DNA of 54,714 bases, from the IMG/VR virus record IMGVR_UViG_3300029309_000002, one strand, 5' to 3'. Positions 22,677 to 34,300 of this stretch are shown piece by piece; positions within the stretch are counted from its first letter, which is position 1, and each line of letters begins with the position of its first letter. The translations under genes were made by a program, and so were the position numbers. The notes under the pieces were generated by a model. It was not told the origin of the DNA. It did no database searches and saw only the letters and a program-made list of their open reading frames with translations. This DNA is from an uncultured virus (IMG/VR IMGVR_UViG_3300029309_000002). Its lineage: Duplodnaviria; Heunggongvirae; Uroviricota; Caudoviricetes.

Positions 22677-25600
22677 TTATTTAATAAAGAAATCTTTTGC
22701 ATTATCGTAAGACTTCCATCTATTTATAGTATAGAGAATTGGAAGGGCATCACCCCATTCTTTTTTAAGTTTAAGTTGTCCTTTCCTCTTTCCTCTTTCA
22801 TAAAAGAAATCTGATTCTTTAAAGCTGTCTGAGTCCATATATACGTAAGCAAGACCAGTACCAACAGTCATCTCTAATGCTTGACCAAGTTCACCCAGTG
22901 TTCTTGTTGAAGCAAGAGGAGACTTCCACATTTGATACATTTGTTGTAGACCCCCTCCATAGACAGGTACACCTACTAAAGGAGAGAATAATATAAGTTC
23001 TTTATGTAGTCTGCTTGCTTGATATAATAGTGCATTTTCTAATCTAGATCTTGTTACACCCTTTTGTGTTCTAGGGCCTACTGCTTTTGCATATGCATTT
23101 CTGTCATCATCATCATCATTACCTAACGCATTTGAAAGTAAAGTTTTAATTATAAATACAGTCATAATAATTGCCATTTCTCCTATAACTCTATTAACAT
23201 TTTGCAGTTTCATCATACCCTTTTCACCATTAAACTCCTTGTAATTAGATGCAATAGATCCTATATGACCTATATTCTTAAAAGCATACTTCATAAAATT
23301 AAAGAATGTAAGGTATCTGCCTTCTAACCATCCTAGGTTCTCATCAAAGTACTCAGAACGGAATCTAGCTTTGTATGCAGGTATAACCCACTTATGGAAC
23401 TGTGCTGCTAGTTGACCTAGTGCATGTGATTGAATAACCATTCTATCTTCATGTGCATAGTTACCATGGATCTGCTTGTTTACCTCACGTATATAATTTC
23501 TTAATTCTATTCTTACATCATCAAAGGTCTGGAATCTATGTCCCTTCTCACCTATCTTAAATTCTTTGTTATGTAACTTAGGTGTTCCAGGATTATAAAA
23601 TATTACAGTGTCAAAACCATCTTTTAGCTTGAGTTCTAGTTTTGTATTGTCCCATGAGAAAGCATCATATAAAGAAAGAGTTTCTCCTGTCTTACTATTC
23701 TTCATAGTAGTAGACTCAACAACTGCTTGTCCAACTTTAGTTTGTACATTAAACTCACCCGCATCCTGAAGAACATATCCAATCTCATGAAATCTATCAA
23801 AAGCAGCTTTACTAAATCTAATTACATTATCAGCGTTCATATCTGAAAACATATCTTTAGCAGTCCCACGTACTGAAGAAGAATCAGCCTCTATATTAGA
23901 TTCACGGATATCTTTCTTATCATCCATCATTCTTAATAACTGAACTACTGCTAAATACTTTCCTCTATTGTTTCCATCTTTCCACTTTCTATCTCCATCC
24001 ATGTTATTAGCTAACCCACTCATAATATCTCTAGGTAGTCTGCTATTAAACCTTGCAGTAGCTCTTGTCATTGCGCTTCTCTTAAAAAATCTTTCTCCAG
24101 CTGTTTCTATAGCATTGTTTACACGTGCCATAACATAGTTGTTAATGTTACCAAAAACGTTAAATCCTACATATGCAAGTGATGTGGTTGTAATTAAACC
24201 TTTTGAAAATTTATCAAACCAGGTCTTAGTATCATTATCATTATTATAATATACCATCTTCATCCACTTAAGAGCTCTTTGATATATTCTTGAGTTTTGA
24301 CCTCTACCTTTACCAGTTCCAACTTCTTGACCCTCATCATTAATTTTTACATTACCTTTTGAGTCAGTGTAATCTCTATCTTTTATGATCTGTAGAAAAG
24401 CTTTATAAGTATCTTCAGCTTGGGCTTTAACTTCATAACTCTCAGCCATTGCTGCAAATGAAATTAATGACTCAGAAAGATTTGTATTTAAGTTTTCTAC
24501 TGAAGGTTTATTTTTTAAGTTATCTAATAAACTTTTTTGTTTAGTTAGCTCTTTACCAATCTTTCTCTTCTTAACAAAAGAATCTGCAGCTTGATATTCT
24601 TGTGTTAATGTATCAATAAGTGCTTCAGTCTTTTCTATAGTTTCTTGTCTAGCTAATGTACCTGTGTAATAAATTGGTAAAGAATCTGTAATAATATTAC
24701 CAAACTCATCAGTCATAGCTTTCTTTACAGTGGTAGTTGTTGTAAACAGTTCTTTCATTCCTGTCTTCATTCTTGTATATAGTTTACCAACTACATTAGA
24801 TTTTTTATCAAGGTCTTCTGTAACACGCCCCATGATCCTAGGCATCTTACCTACCATCATTACATTTTCTGGTAAAAGATTTAATAATTCATTTTCATAT
24901 ATATCAGTAAACATTGCATAGTATTCAGCCTGTGCTTCTTCTAATGCATTAGTAGGATTCATAAGTTTTTTATACTTAGGATCTATAAAGTCAACACCAT
25001 CTCTAGACTCTTCTCTTATTTCTTGATACTCTTTTTTTACAAACGTACCATTGTCTAGAATATATGTTTGTCCTGTAAAGTTACCATCTCCATCTTTTAT
25101 TGCTATATGAATCTGATCTTCTGCTGTAACATGATTAAAGTATGTGTGTAAGTATTCATTATACTGTGTATCAGATACTGACTCTCTTTTTGTCCAATAA
25201 CCACCTGTTGTGGTTTTTACAAAAATTTCATTTTGTCTTCTTGCTCTTTTAAACTCATCTGTATACTTAAAGTTATCTCCATCTCTATAACCATTCTCAT
25301 CTATGATCTCAGGTCTTTTAAAGTTTCTAACAGCTGTTTTATCTGCATACAGTTCTTTATTATAGTTTATTTGCTCTTCAGTAGCATCAGCAAGATCATC
25401 TATTTCTATATACTGTTTCCATCCTCCTTTATCATCATATAGTTTTTGATTTAATTCATTAAGTTGTTGGTAAAATATACTTCCTATTTTTTTCACATAC
25501 CTACCAGTCATTTTACCATCAATCATTTGGATCATAAAATCAAACGCATTCTTGTCTAATCTACCACCATTAGCTTGTTTTAACTTTAGTGTTGCTGCTT

Positions 25601-28295
25601 GAATTCTTGGTATCCGTGCTTCAATTCTATCTTTAATAACTTGCTGATCATACTTATACTTCTTAGCCATAAGTGCAAGTAAAGTATCTTTTGATCCATC
25701 TAAATCATATAAATTTTGTTCTCCCCAACCTATATCTTTTGCAGTATTTAATAGTTCTTCAAGATCTTCATTATCAAAATCTTGATTTGAATTATCACGT
25801 ACAAATTGTTTTATATAATTTCTTATTGCCAAGTCAAATTGTCCTGACTCAACAATAGTACCATCAGTTCTTCTTACACCAACTAAGCTGTTTAGTTCTT
25901 TAATAAGCTCAATAATCTTAGACTTTTGATTTGAGCTTAATCCTTCTGACTCAGCAATATTAGCCAACCCTCTATAGCTCTCAACAAATTTTTGCCATGA
26001 TAATACTCTTGTTATGTACTCTGGTTTGTTAAAGTTATCAGGGTCACCTATATATTCTTTAAACTCTTGAATTTGTTTTATACTATCATTTACTATTTCA
26101 AAGTATACTCTGGTAATTTCTTCTGGATCATTAATATTTTGTTCTATTAATGTTCTAGTCATACCCACTTCCTTTAGCATTTGAGCCCTAGACTTATCCA
26201 TTTGTAACACATTCCTTGCATTTGTCAAAGCCTGTTCTCTAGATATTAAACCTTTTCTAAAGTCTGTAAGAGCACGTACAAGGGCATCAAACATATCAGC
26301 ACCAATCTCTGGTGCATCTTCTACCTCAAAATCATCAAAAGTAACATCAATCTCAGGGTTTCTATCTATATTTAATATCTGATCAATAACAGCAGCATTC
26401 TCTTCATCAACATTTTCTGGCATTACCTGATCAATTAGATATTCATTCTCAGATAACATATGTAATGTGGTGTCTTCTATTATATAGTTGTTACCTTTCT
26501 TTTGTACGTGGAATGTAGTACCAGCATCAGATAAGACATAACCTAAGTTTTCAAACATTCTTCTTTGCACTCCTAATCTAAGGTTGTCTTGCATCTTTGG
26601 TGTTAGAACAAACTCAGCACCTTCTTCAAAGAATAAACTAGTATTTGATACAGCTTCTGTTCTATCTCTATATATTTTTGACTTTTTACTTACTTTACCA
26701 ATTCTTAAATTTATTGGTGTAAATTGTCCATATCTGTCCACTTTGAGGATATGTACAGTATCAGCTATCTTATTTGTATGATCTGCTATGATTACTTCTG
26801 GTATAAATACAGACTTATCTAAATCTTTCATGGTATCAATCCTTGTAACAAGATCGTTATACATTGCTTCAACTTCTTGATTGCCCCTGCTTATTTTAGT
26901 AAAACCTTTCTCAATTGTTTCATATGATGTTCCTAATACAGCACCATATAATACTTTACTAAGATCTTCACCAAAAACTTCTTCTACATCAAAGCTACTA
27001 TCAAACTGATCACCCATTAGAGCTTCACGTGCTGATCTATATTCTTCTCCAGTTTCTACATTCTCATACTTACCATCTACAAATACAACCTGCGCTGCAG
27101 CTAAATCATTAAATCTATCTTTAGCAGAAGCAACACCATGAAATAAATTTTCAATTAGCATTTTCTGAACAGGAAAACTATGCTGTTTTATTATATTATC
27201 AAGCACAGTTTTCTTTTGTGGAGATAATGCATATCTCACCTTTTCTGGTTGTAATGCTTTTGGATTTAATACAAACTGTAAATCTTCTGTATTAAGTTTT
27301 CTTGCAAGATCAGATAAGTTCATTGAAGAATTTATAACTGAGTCAGATAAATTAAGAGTTTTACCTGATAGTTTTTTATATAATGATCTAATTACATCAG
27401 CAAACCATTTAAGAAAATCATTCATAATCTGAATGAAAGATCTAGATGTAGCAGGTCTTTCACCACTAAAGTGTTGGCTTAATGCTTTAGTAACCATCTC
27501 TAGCTGCCTTTCTTTCTCAGTAAAACCTCTCTGAGCAGAATATCTTTCTTCTACTTCTTCTTTTATTTCTGGTGATACCTCTTCTACAAATCTATTAAAC
27601 AGCTCTATATCATCTAAGTAGAAAGATTCAACCACAGGGTGTAATACTTCCTCAAGTGCTACAGCATTATTTACTCTTCCTTTTATAAGTATAGCAGTGC
27701 CATCATAGAAAAAAGACTTTACTTCTGAAAATGGAACATCTTGTTTTACCTCATTTGGTAACATCTTATATAAAGCACCTGCAGTAGCTGAATCCATTAC
27801 AGCATATTTAAGACCTTGAACTTTCTTAGTTAATTCATCTAATACTTTTACAGTGTGTGTTCTATCTTGATCTATGTTTATATTAGTTATAATATCACCA
27901 TAGTTTATTGAGTCATTAACAACAGCTTCCATTATATTAGCTCCTTTTCTTACTTGTAAAGTAGATTTAGGAAATCCTGCTGTCTCAAGATATTTAGCAG
28001 CAATTTTAGCAACTTGTATACTATTATTAGTTACATAATACTTATTACCTCTTTGATAGACATAACCTTTAGATACTAAGTTTGCATAAATAGTTGATAC
28101 AGCTTTTCTTGTAGTTATCTTATTAATAGATTTTTGATCATTAACAACCTCAAGAGCCTCTTCAACAGTGGGAATATTATCATTCTTATTTATAATTTGA
28201 TAATCTCTTATTATTGAATCTACAATAAAAGGACTTTTAAACTCTGTCTTTAGAGCTTTGTATTCTTCTGTATTTCTATTGTAACAAACTGCCAT
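22677..28295 (-). CDS. Large internal virion (ejected cargo) protein, crAss-like
   Basis: 1872 aa, downstream of the vRNAP gene; zincin-like EEVLH motif; C-terminal region with hydrophobic helices. Function inferred from context. Confidence 0.7.
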   Translation of the reverse strand: MAVCYNRNTEEYKALKTEFKSPFIVDSIIRDYQIINKNDNIPTVEEALEVVNDQKSINKITTRKAVSTIYANLVSKGYVYQRGNKYYVTNNSIQVAKIAAKYLETAGFPKSTLQVRKGANIMEAVVNDSINYGDIITNINIDQDRTHTVKVLDELTKKVQGLKYAVMDSATAGALYKMLPNEVKQDVPFSEVKSFFYDGTAILIKGRVNNAVALEEVLHPVVESFYLDDIELFNRFVEEVSPEIKEEVEERYSAQRGFTEKERQLEMVTKALSQHFSGERPATSRSFIQIMNDFLKWFADVIRSLYKKLSGKTLNLSDSVINSSMNLSDLARKLNTEDLQFVLNPKALQPEKVRYALSPQKKTVLDNIIKQHSFPVQKMLIENLFHGVASAKDRFNDLAAAQVVFVDGKYENVETGEEYRSAREALMGDQFDSSFDVEEVFGEDLSKVLYGAVLGTSYETIEKGFTKISRGNQEVEAMYNDLVTRIDTMKDLDKSVFIPEVIIADHTNKIADTVHILKVDRYGQFTPINLRIGKVSKKSKIYRDRTEAVSNTSLFFEEGAEFVLTPKMQDNLRLGVQRRMFENLGYVLSDAGTTFHVQKKGNNYIIEDTTLHMLSENEYLIDQVMPENVDEENAAVIDQILNIDRNPEIDVTFDDFEVEDAPEIGADMFDALVRALTDFRKGLISREQALTNARNVLQMDKSRAQMLKEVGMTRTLIEQNINDPEEITRVYFEIVNDSIKQIQEFKEYIGDPDNFNKPEYITRVLSWQKFVESYRGLANIAESEGLSSNQKSKIIELIKELNSLVGVRRTDGTIVESGQFDLAIRNYIKQFVRDNSNQDFDNEDLEELLNTAKDIGWGEQNLYDLDGSKDTLLALMAKKYKYDQQVIKDRIEARIPRIQAATLKLKQANGGRLDKNAFDFMIQMIDGKMTGRYVKKIGSIFYQQLNELNQKLYDDKGGWKQYIEIDDLADATEEQINYNKELYADKTAVRNFKRPEIIDENGYRDGDNFKYTDEFKRARRQNEIFVKTTTGGYWTKRESVSDTQYNEYLHTYFNHVTAEDQIHIAIKDGDGNFTGQTYILDNGTFVKKEYQEIREESRDGVDFIDPKYKKLMNPTNALEEAQAEYYAMFTDIYENELLNLLPENVMMVGKMPRIMGRVTEDLDKKSNVVGKLYTRMKTGMKELFTTTTTVKKAMTDEFGNIITDSLPIYYTGTLARQETIEKTEALIDTLTQEYQAADSFVKKRKIGKELTKQKSLLDNLKNKPSVENLNTNLSESLISFAAMAESYEVKAQAEDTYKAFLQIIKDRDYTDSKGNVKINDEGQEVGTGKGRGQNSRIYQRALKWMKMVYYNNDNDTKTWFDKFSKGLITTTSLAYVGFNVFGNINNYVMARVNNAIETAGERFFKRSAMTRATARFNSRLPRDIMSGLANNMDGDRKWKDGNNRGKYLAVVQLLRMMDDKKDIRESNIEADSSSVRGTAKDMFSDMNADNVIRFSKAAFDRFHEIGYVLQDAGEFNVQTKVGQAVVESTTMKNSKTGETLSLYDAFSWDNTKLELKLKDGFDTVIFYNPGTPKLHNKEFKIGEKGHRFQTFDDVRIELRNYIREVNKQIHGNYAHEDRMVIQSHALGQLAAQFHKWVIPAYKARFRSEYFDENLGWLEGRYLTFFNFMKYAFKNIGHIGSIASNYKEFNGEKGMMKLQNVNRVIGEMAIIMTVFIIKTLLSNALGNDDDDDRNAYAKAVGPRTQKGVTRSRLENALLYQASRLHKELILFSPLVGVPVYGGGLQQMYQMWKSPLASTRTLGELGQALEMTVGTGLAYVYMDSDSFKESDFFYERGKRKGQLKLKKEWGDALPILYTINRWKSYDNAKDFFIK

Positions 28296-28301
28296 GGTTT
28301 T

Positions 28302-31300
28302 TTATTTTAAATAACATTTTTTAATATTCTCTATAAATTCTTCTGCATCTATTGGATATGATAAATAAGCTTCCATTATTTGATCCTTGGTTCCTACTTT
28401 TTCTTTTTGCTCTTCTGTTAAGTTATCATAAAATGCTTCAACTAATCTATCTTTTGTAAGTTCTAATTGTTCTTCTAATGATTCTGTACCAGGATCAACA
28501 TCTTCAGCTTCTGCTTCTGTTGTTGCTTCTTCTGCTACTCCCAATGCAGAGAATAGTTCAGCTACCTGATCTTCTCCTTCTCTAGCATCTTCTTCTGTAG
28601 TAAAGTCTTCCTCTTGCGCTTCAAAATCATCTGAAACATCTTCTACATCCATTGCAAATTTAGCTAAATTAAGTTGATCTATCTGCTGTTCATTAGGACT
28701 TTCTCCAAATACAAAACCAACTACATTCTGTGATCTTGAACCTTTTGGTGGACCTATGTTCTCATAACGTAAATAGTTTCCAAATACTTTTGTTTCATTT
28801 GTAGGTAACAATAGATCTAATTTATCTTCCGCTTTATAATCTCCATCTCTCTGTACTTCAACAAGCTTATAAACTTCATCCACACCATCTCTATTACTTC
28901 TTAAAAACTCTAAAGGTGCATCAACCTCTAGTCTAACAAACGTTTTACCCTGTACTTTTATTTCTCTCAATTTAGTAACAAAACCAGCTTTTCTTATTTC
29001 ATTAGCATTATCTTTTAATTTTTGGATACCTGTAGCATCTCCTTTTTTAACCTTTAGTCTTCTTATTTTCTTTACAGTTTTATCAAAGAATGTAGGTAAC
29101 CCTTTATATAGATCAACAATAAACTCACCTTTAACAGTATCGTCATATACAGGACTCTTAAGCGCATCTTTAGAAGCCTTTTCTCTTTCAGTTATTTTTT
29201 CTGTAGATATATATTTTAAATCTTCAACACCATTTTGATCTTTAACTGTCTCAAATCTTAACTGAGATCTAGCTTGTGAAATACCCTGTCTAATGGCATC
29301 AGCATCAGCTTTTGTTTCACCAACAAAATCAAACTGTGAGTTATAAACAACTTGTTGAGCTAATGGTACACCATTCTCAGTTTCCATATTAGCATTCTGT
29401 AAGATAGAAATTCTAGTTAATTGTGTAAGTAAAGCTGCGTTATCCTTACCTTTTCTTTTACTCTTAAGTTTACCTGTACCTCTTTTACCTGGTATAGAAT
29501 CTATTGCATCTTCTTTACCAGCTCTCCACTTCTTATCTAAACTAGCATCAAAACTTCCACTTAACATAACCTGATATGCATGTTCCACACTATAGAAAGT
29601 TTTGCCAGCATATGTAAAAGATCTCTTACCATATCTAGAAAGCATATTAGATGAAGTTTCTGACTCAGTAACATCAGCATCTATAATTATTCTACCATCT
29701 TCATAATCTATCTCTTCATACTCACCTAAATATGAAGTAGCTATAGCATCATTATTTTTTCTTTTTAAGAAAAATTTATTGCTTGTTCTTTGTAGATATT
29801 CAAATACTATATACTCTTTAAGATCAGAGTATGTTTTACCAAATACTCTTTTGTATGCCTCATCTCCTGCTTTTTCTGTAAGGAATAACTTTTGTACCTT
29901 ATCTATTGAGTTTAATATATCTCTTGTTAGATCAATTGGTAAAACAGATATAAATGAATTCTTTGCACGCATAAACCCATCTTTAACAAGAAGATAATTT
30001 ACTAAATGAAGAGTATCTTTATATGTCCTACGGTTACTATATAAAGATAATATATCATTTTGAATGTTAGTTAGATTAGCATCTGATAGTCTTGTAAAGT
30101 TATTTGTTATAACTTGTGTTAAACCCTCATAGTTATGCTCGCTATCAACTTCACGTAAAGATATAAACTCATCTATAAAGTAATTGTAATCACTATTTTC
30201 TCTTAATCTTGTAACAACACCTACTATATCCAAATTCTCTGTTATACCTGCAGCTTTTTGTTCTGCTGTTAGTGGTTTGCCATACTTAGCATTTGGATAA
30301 ATAAACGCATTATTTAAACTTGCAAGTTGTGTGCCATTGTATTGTGAATCATTTCTAAGTGATTCCATATATGCCATTGTATTTAATATAGCAATAACAT
30401 TATTAGTTAGAGCAACAAAGTCTGCTTTATCTCTTATCGTTGTACTACCCAATATAGTATTCTCAATCTCTTTGAATGGATCTGTTAACTCTATAAAGAG
30501 CTTAGGTAATAAATCTGTTCTTAACTCTTCAAATGCGTTAAAATAAAATGCATGGAATGAATTTTCTCCTTTAAATATTGGTCTAACATCAAACGGTAAA
30601 TTGCTCTCTGCAAACTCTTTGTTGCTCATATACAAGCCAAGTTTCTCAGCAGCTTTAGATATCTCATTAAAGTCATATAAATCTCTTGTGAAACCTGTTT
30701 GTAATTGTAGCAAAACTGACATATTGTACATAAAGTCAGCTTGTCCTAGCGCTATAGTAAACTGTTCTAAAAATGTATACTCAAATACTAGGTCATTAAT
30801 TGGTGTTTTAGGGTCAATCTCATCTGATGCTAACTCAGGATTTATTGGAGTTCTTCTCACACTATCTATTAAGTTTTCCCTATTAAATTTAAATTTAATT
30901 TTATCTCTATCAACTTCATTATCAGCAAAATAATCTTCAAGAGCTAACATCCTTAGACCTAATAATTTAGCAAAACCAGGATCAAACATATTCTCTTTAT
31001 TTGTAGCTTCAAACAATGCTTTTTTAATTGTAGGATGTTGTAACATTAGAACAGTGTCTTTTATATTAAGACCCATTGCAGTCATTTGAGTTACCATACC
31101 AAGTGTTTGTTTCTTTAATCCTAACTTAGCAGCTAATCTTTCTTTAGCATTATCTGTCATTGCTGTCACAAGAGCAGATATAATAAACTGTGTTCTAAAT
31201 AATTTTGGATCTGCTACACCTTCATCATTAATAACATAGTCAACAAATTTGGTGTATTCTACATCATTATATGTAAATCTTTTTATTTGTTCAACATCAT

Positions 31301-34300
31301 CTATTATTCTTGATCTTACTTCAGTATCAAACTCTTTTGCAATATTCACCACAATGTTAGGTAAAACAACTGTACCAATAGATCTTGCACCCTCTTTATT
31401 AGACTCATATGCTAACAATTGTCCATTGAAGTTATCTACATCTATATCAATATCATTAATAAACTCTGCAAGTTCTGGCATCTCTTCAAGTATAAACTCA
31501 AGAGCTCCCATCTTATTTAAGTCATCTTTAAGTGGTACTAAGTTTGCAGGCTCTTTAGCTATACCAAGAGGTCTACCATTCTTACCTTCACTCATACCAG
31601 GGTGACCAAGTAATGCAAACTTATAATCTAATATCTTATTATCTATAGGAGCATTGTATGGCTCACGTCTATTCTCTTCTTTAAACTTTGTATACTGCTC
31701 AAAAGAAACAGGAAGTCCTAAAGAAGTCAAAGCTTCAGGTACCCCATATACAGTTTTAAAAAATAAATCAGCCTCTATATCTAATGCAGGATCTAGATTT
31801 AATATCTCGGCAGCAATTTTAAAATTACCTTGTGTAATTCTATTCCTCTCTTCTCTTGTCAATGTATCATATTCTTCATTTTTTATAACATCAACAATAC
31901 CTTCTTCAACTACTGAACCTTGTTCAACCCAAGCATCTACAGCTTGTCTATATATAGATGTAGGATTCTTTACTTCTCTTTTAATAAACTCTACATACTC
32001 CTCATACTTATCTATCTCTGATTGTGCTGATCCAAACTCTTTAAACTGTCCATTTGCATAGTAAAAGTCTTTGATCTGCATATACAACTTATCAATATCA
32101 AAGTCAGCTCCAGATAATTCTACAAGTTCTCTTGCAAATATTGCAGATGATCCATAATATACAGGCAACCAATCTACTACTTTTAAGTTTGCAGCAGAGT
32201 GTTTATCTTGTGATGGTATCCTTACACCAAAATACTTTGCAATAGCATTTGGTAGATCTTCATACATATCTAACTGATCTAGATTATCAAGTATTGATTT
32301 AAAGTGTGGTGGTATAACCATCTCCATATAATCATTACCATCTTTATCCTTTGCCATTCTAAGACGGTCTAAGTAAAATTGATCTTTTGATAATCCTTCA
32401 TGTATTTCATTTTCAGGATCAGAGTATTTTTTAATTAAAGTATTATCAGCTTTTATTGACTCCCAATCCTTCTGTCTTATAACTCTCCACTCAGTAGGTG
32501 TACCTTTTTCGTCTGTAGCTATAACTTGTTTTACAACTTGGAACTGATCATCAGACACAAGTGCGGCAGATATACCAGGTTGTCTGGCTGATATAGTACC
32601 TTTACTTATAAAGGACAAGAATAACTCTTGAAACTTTCTTGCTGTTAGTTGATTGTTTAAGTTAAAATCAGGATCTCCAGTACCGCTCTCTTCCATAGAA
32701 AAGTAAGATAGCATTTGAGTCTTAGCTTGAGAAGCACGTAAACCAGCCTGTGCAAACTGTAAAAATGCTGTAAGTCTAGGTGTAACTTCTTGAGTTTGTT
32801 TGAAGTCTAAGAAGTCATTTAGTATACCTTTAAAATCAAATACTAAGTTTCTTTTACTAAAGTATGCATTTGCTTGCTTATCTTCTCTAGCTTGATGATA
32901 AAGATCAATAACATCTCCTACTGGTAACTCAACACCATCTAGCATAACCTTATCTGTTCTATTCTGTTCACCAGTAATTAGATTCAGAATCTGACGTGCA
33001 TCAACTTGTTCAGTCTTATTAGATGGATTAATTACTTGTTGACGCATAAACGCTGCATCTATTGTAGATGTATTAGTTTCATCTAAAGGTGCTGTACTAA
33101 ATGCATCTCTTTCAGTAATTACATTTCTTTTGTACATCTTAGAAGCTGACTCAGGAACTGCTATACCTACAGTATTATTATCTGATTCATACTTCTCTAA
33201 TTTTTCTCTAAGATTGTGTAAACCTTCTCTACCATCTATAGCTACCCAGTTTCCTGATGCATCTTTAACAGACGTAAAGTTTTTAGTAAGTATAAAAGCA
33301 GACATCTTTAAGTATGTCTGACCATCACCATATACAAGCTTTTGTGAATTTACAATTGCATCCAGTTTTTTATAACTAGCAAAATCTCTTGTTCCAAAAA
33401 ATTCTCTTTCTACAGTTTCTAAGTCACCTTCATCAATAAGATCTAGTATTCTTGCTTGTGCTTTAGTTAAAGTTCCAAAACCAAACATAAAGTGTCTTAT
33501 AGCCTTAAGTGTAATAAGCATTTGACCATCACCTCTTTCGCCAGGTTTTAGATCAGGTTTTTGCTCTTGTAGAACTTGTGTAAATAATTTCTTATATCTA
33601 GAGTCATTATATGTTACTTGAGCTATACTTTCTAAAGAATGATTAATACCTAAAGCAGGAGCAGTAATATCATGAGCAGCAGATTTACCTGCAGCATTTT
33701 GCATCTTAGCTCTTTTGATTGCTGTAATAGCATCACCTAAAGTTATTGACTGATCTCCTAGGATTAGATCATTAAATGTTTTTGTGTTTAAATAATTATT
33801 TAAAAAGATCTGTACAAGATTATAATCTAATGAATCATCTTTTAAGTTGTATAGTTCACTTATCTTTTGAGTATCATCAGTTCTATCATAACTAACAGTT
33901 CCTTTATCATTAGAAACCATTTTACCTAAACCAATAGATATTTCACTTGAAATTTTATTATAAGCTTTAAAATCTTTTAGTAATTCAATAAACTCTGTTG
34001 CTTCATTTATTAATCTAGTAGTCATCACTTCTTCAGCCCCTGATGAATTCCATGCTGTTTCAAATGTTACATCTGGATCTTTAGCAAATGTTTCTAAAAC
34101 TTCTACAACAGACATATCAACATCAGCTGCTTCTACAGATCCATCTTCATTTAAGACTAATTCTGCTTGCTCTGCACTTACATTAAAGTTAAATAAAGTT
34201 AATTCTCTTCCGTTCTCATAGTTTCTAGACTGGAAGAACTGTGCAATAGTAGGACTATAAGTATAATAGGTAGTTTCTCCTATACTAAAAGTATATATTC

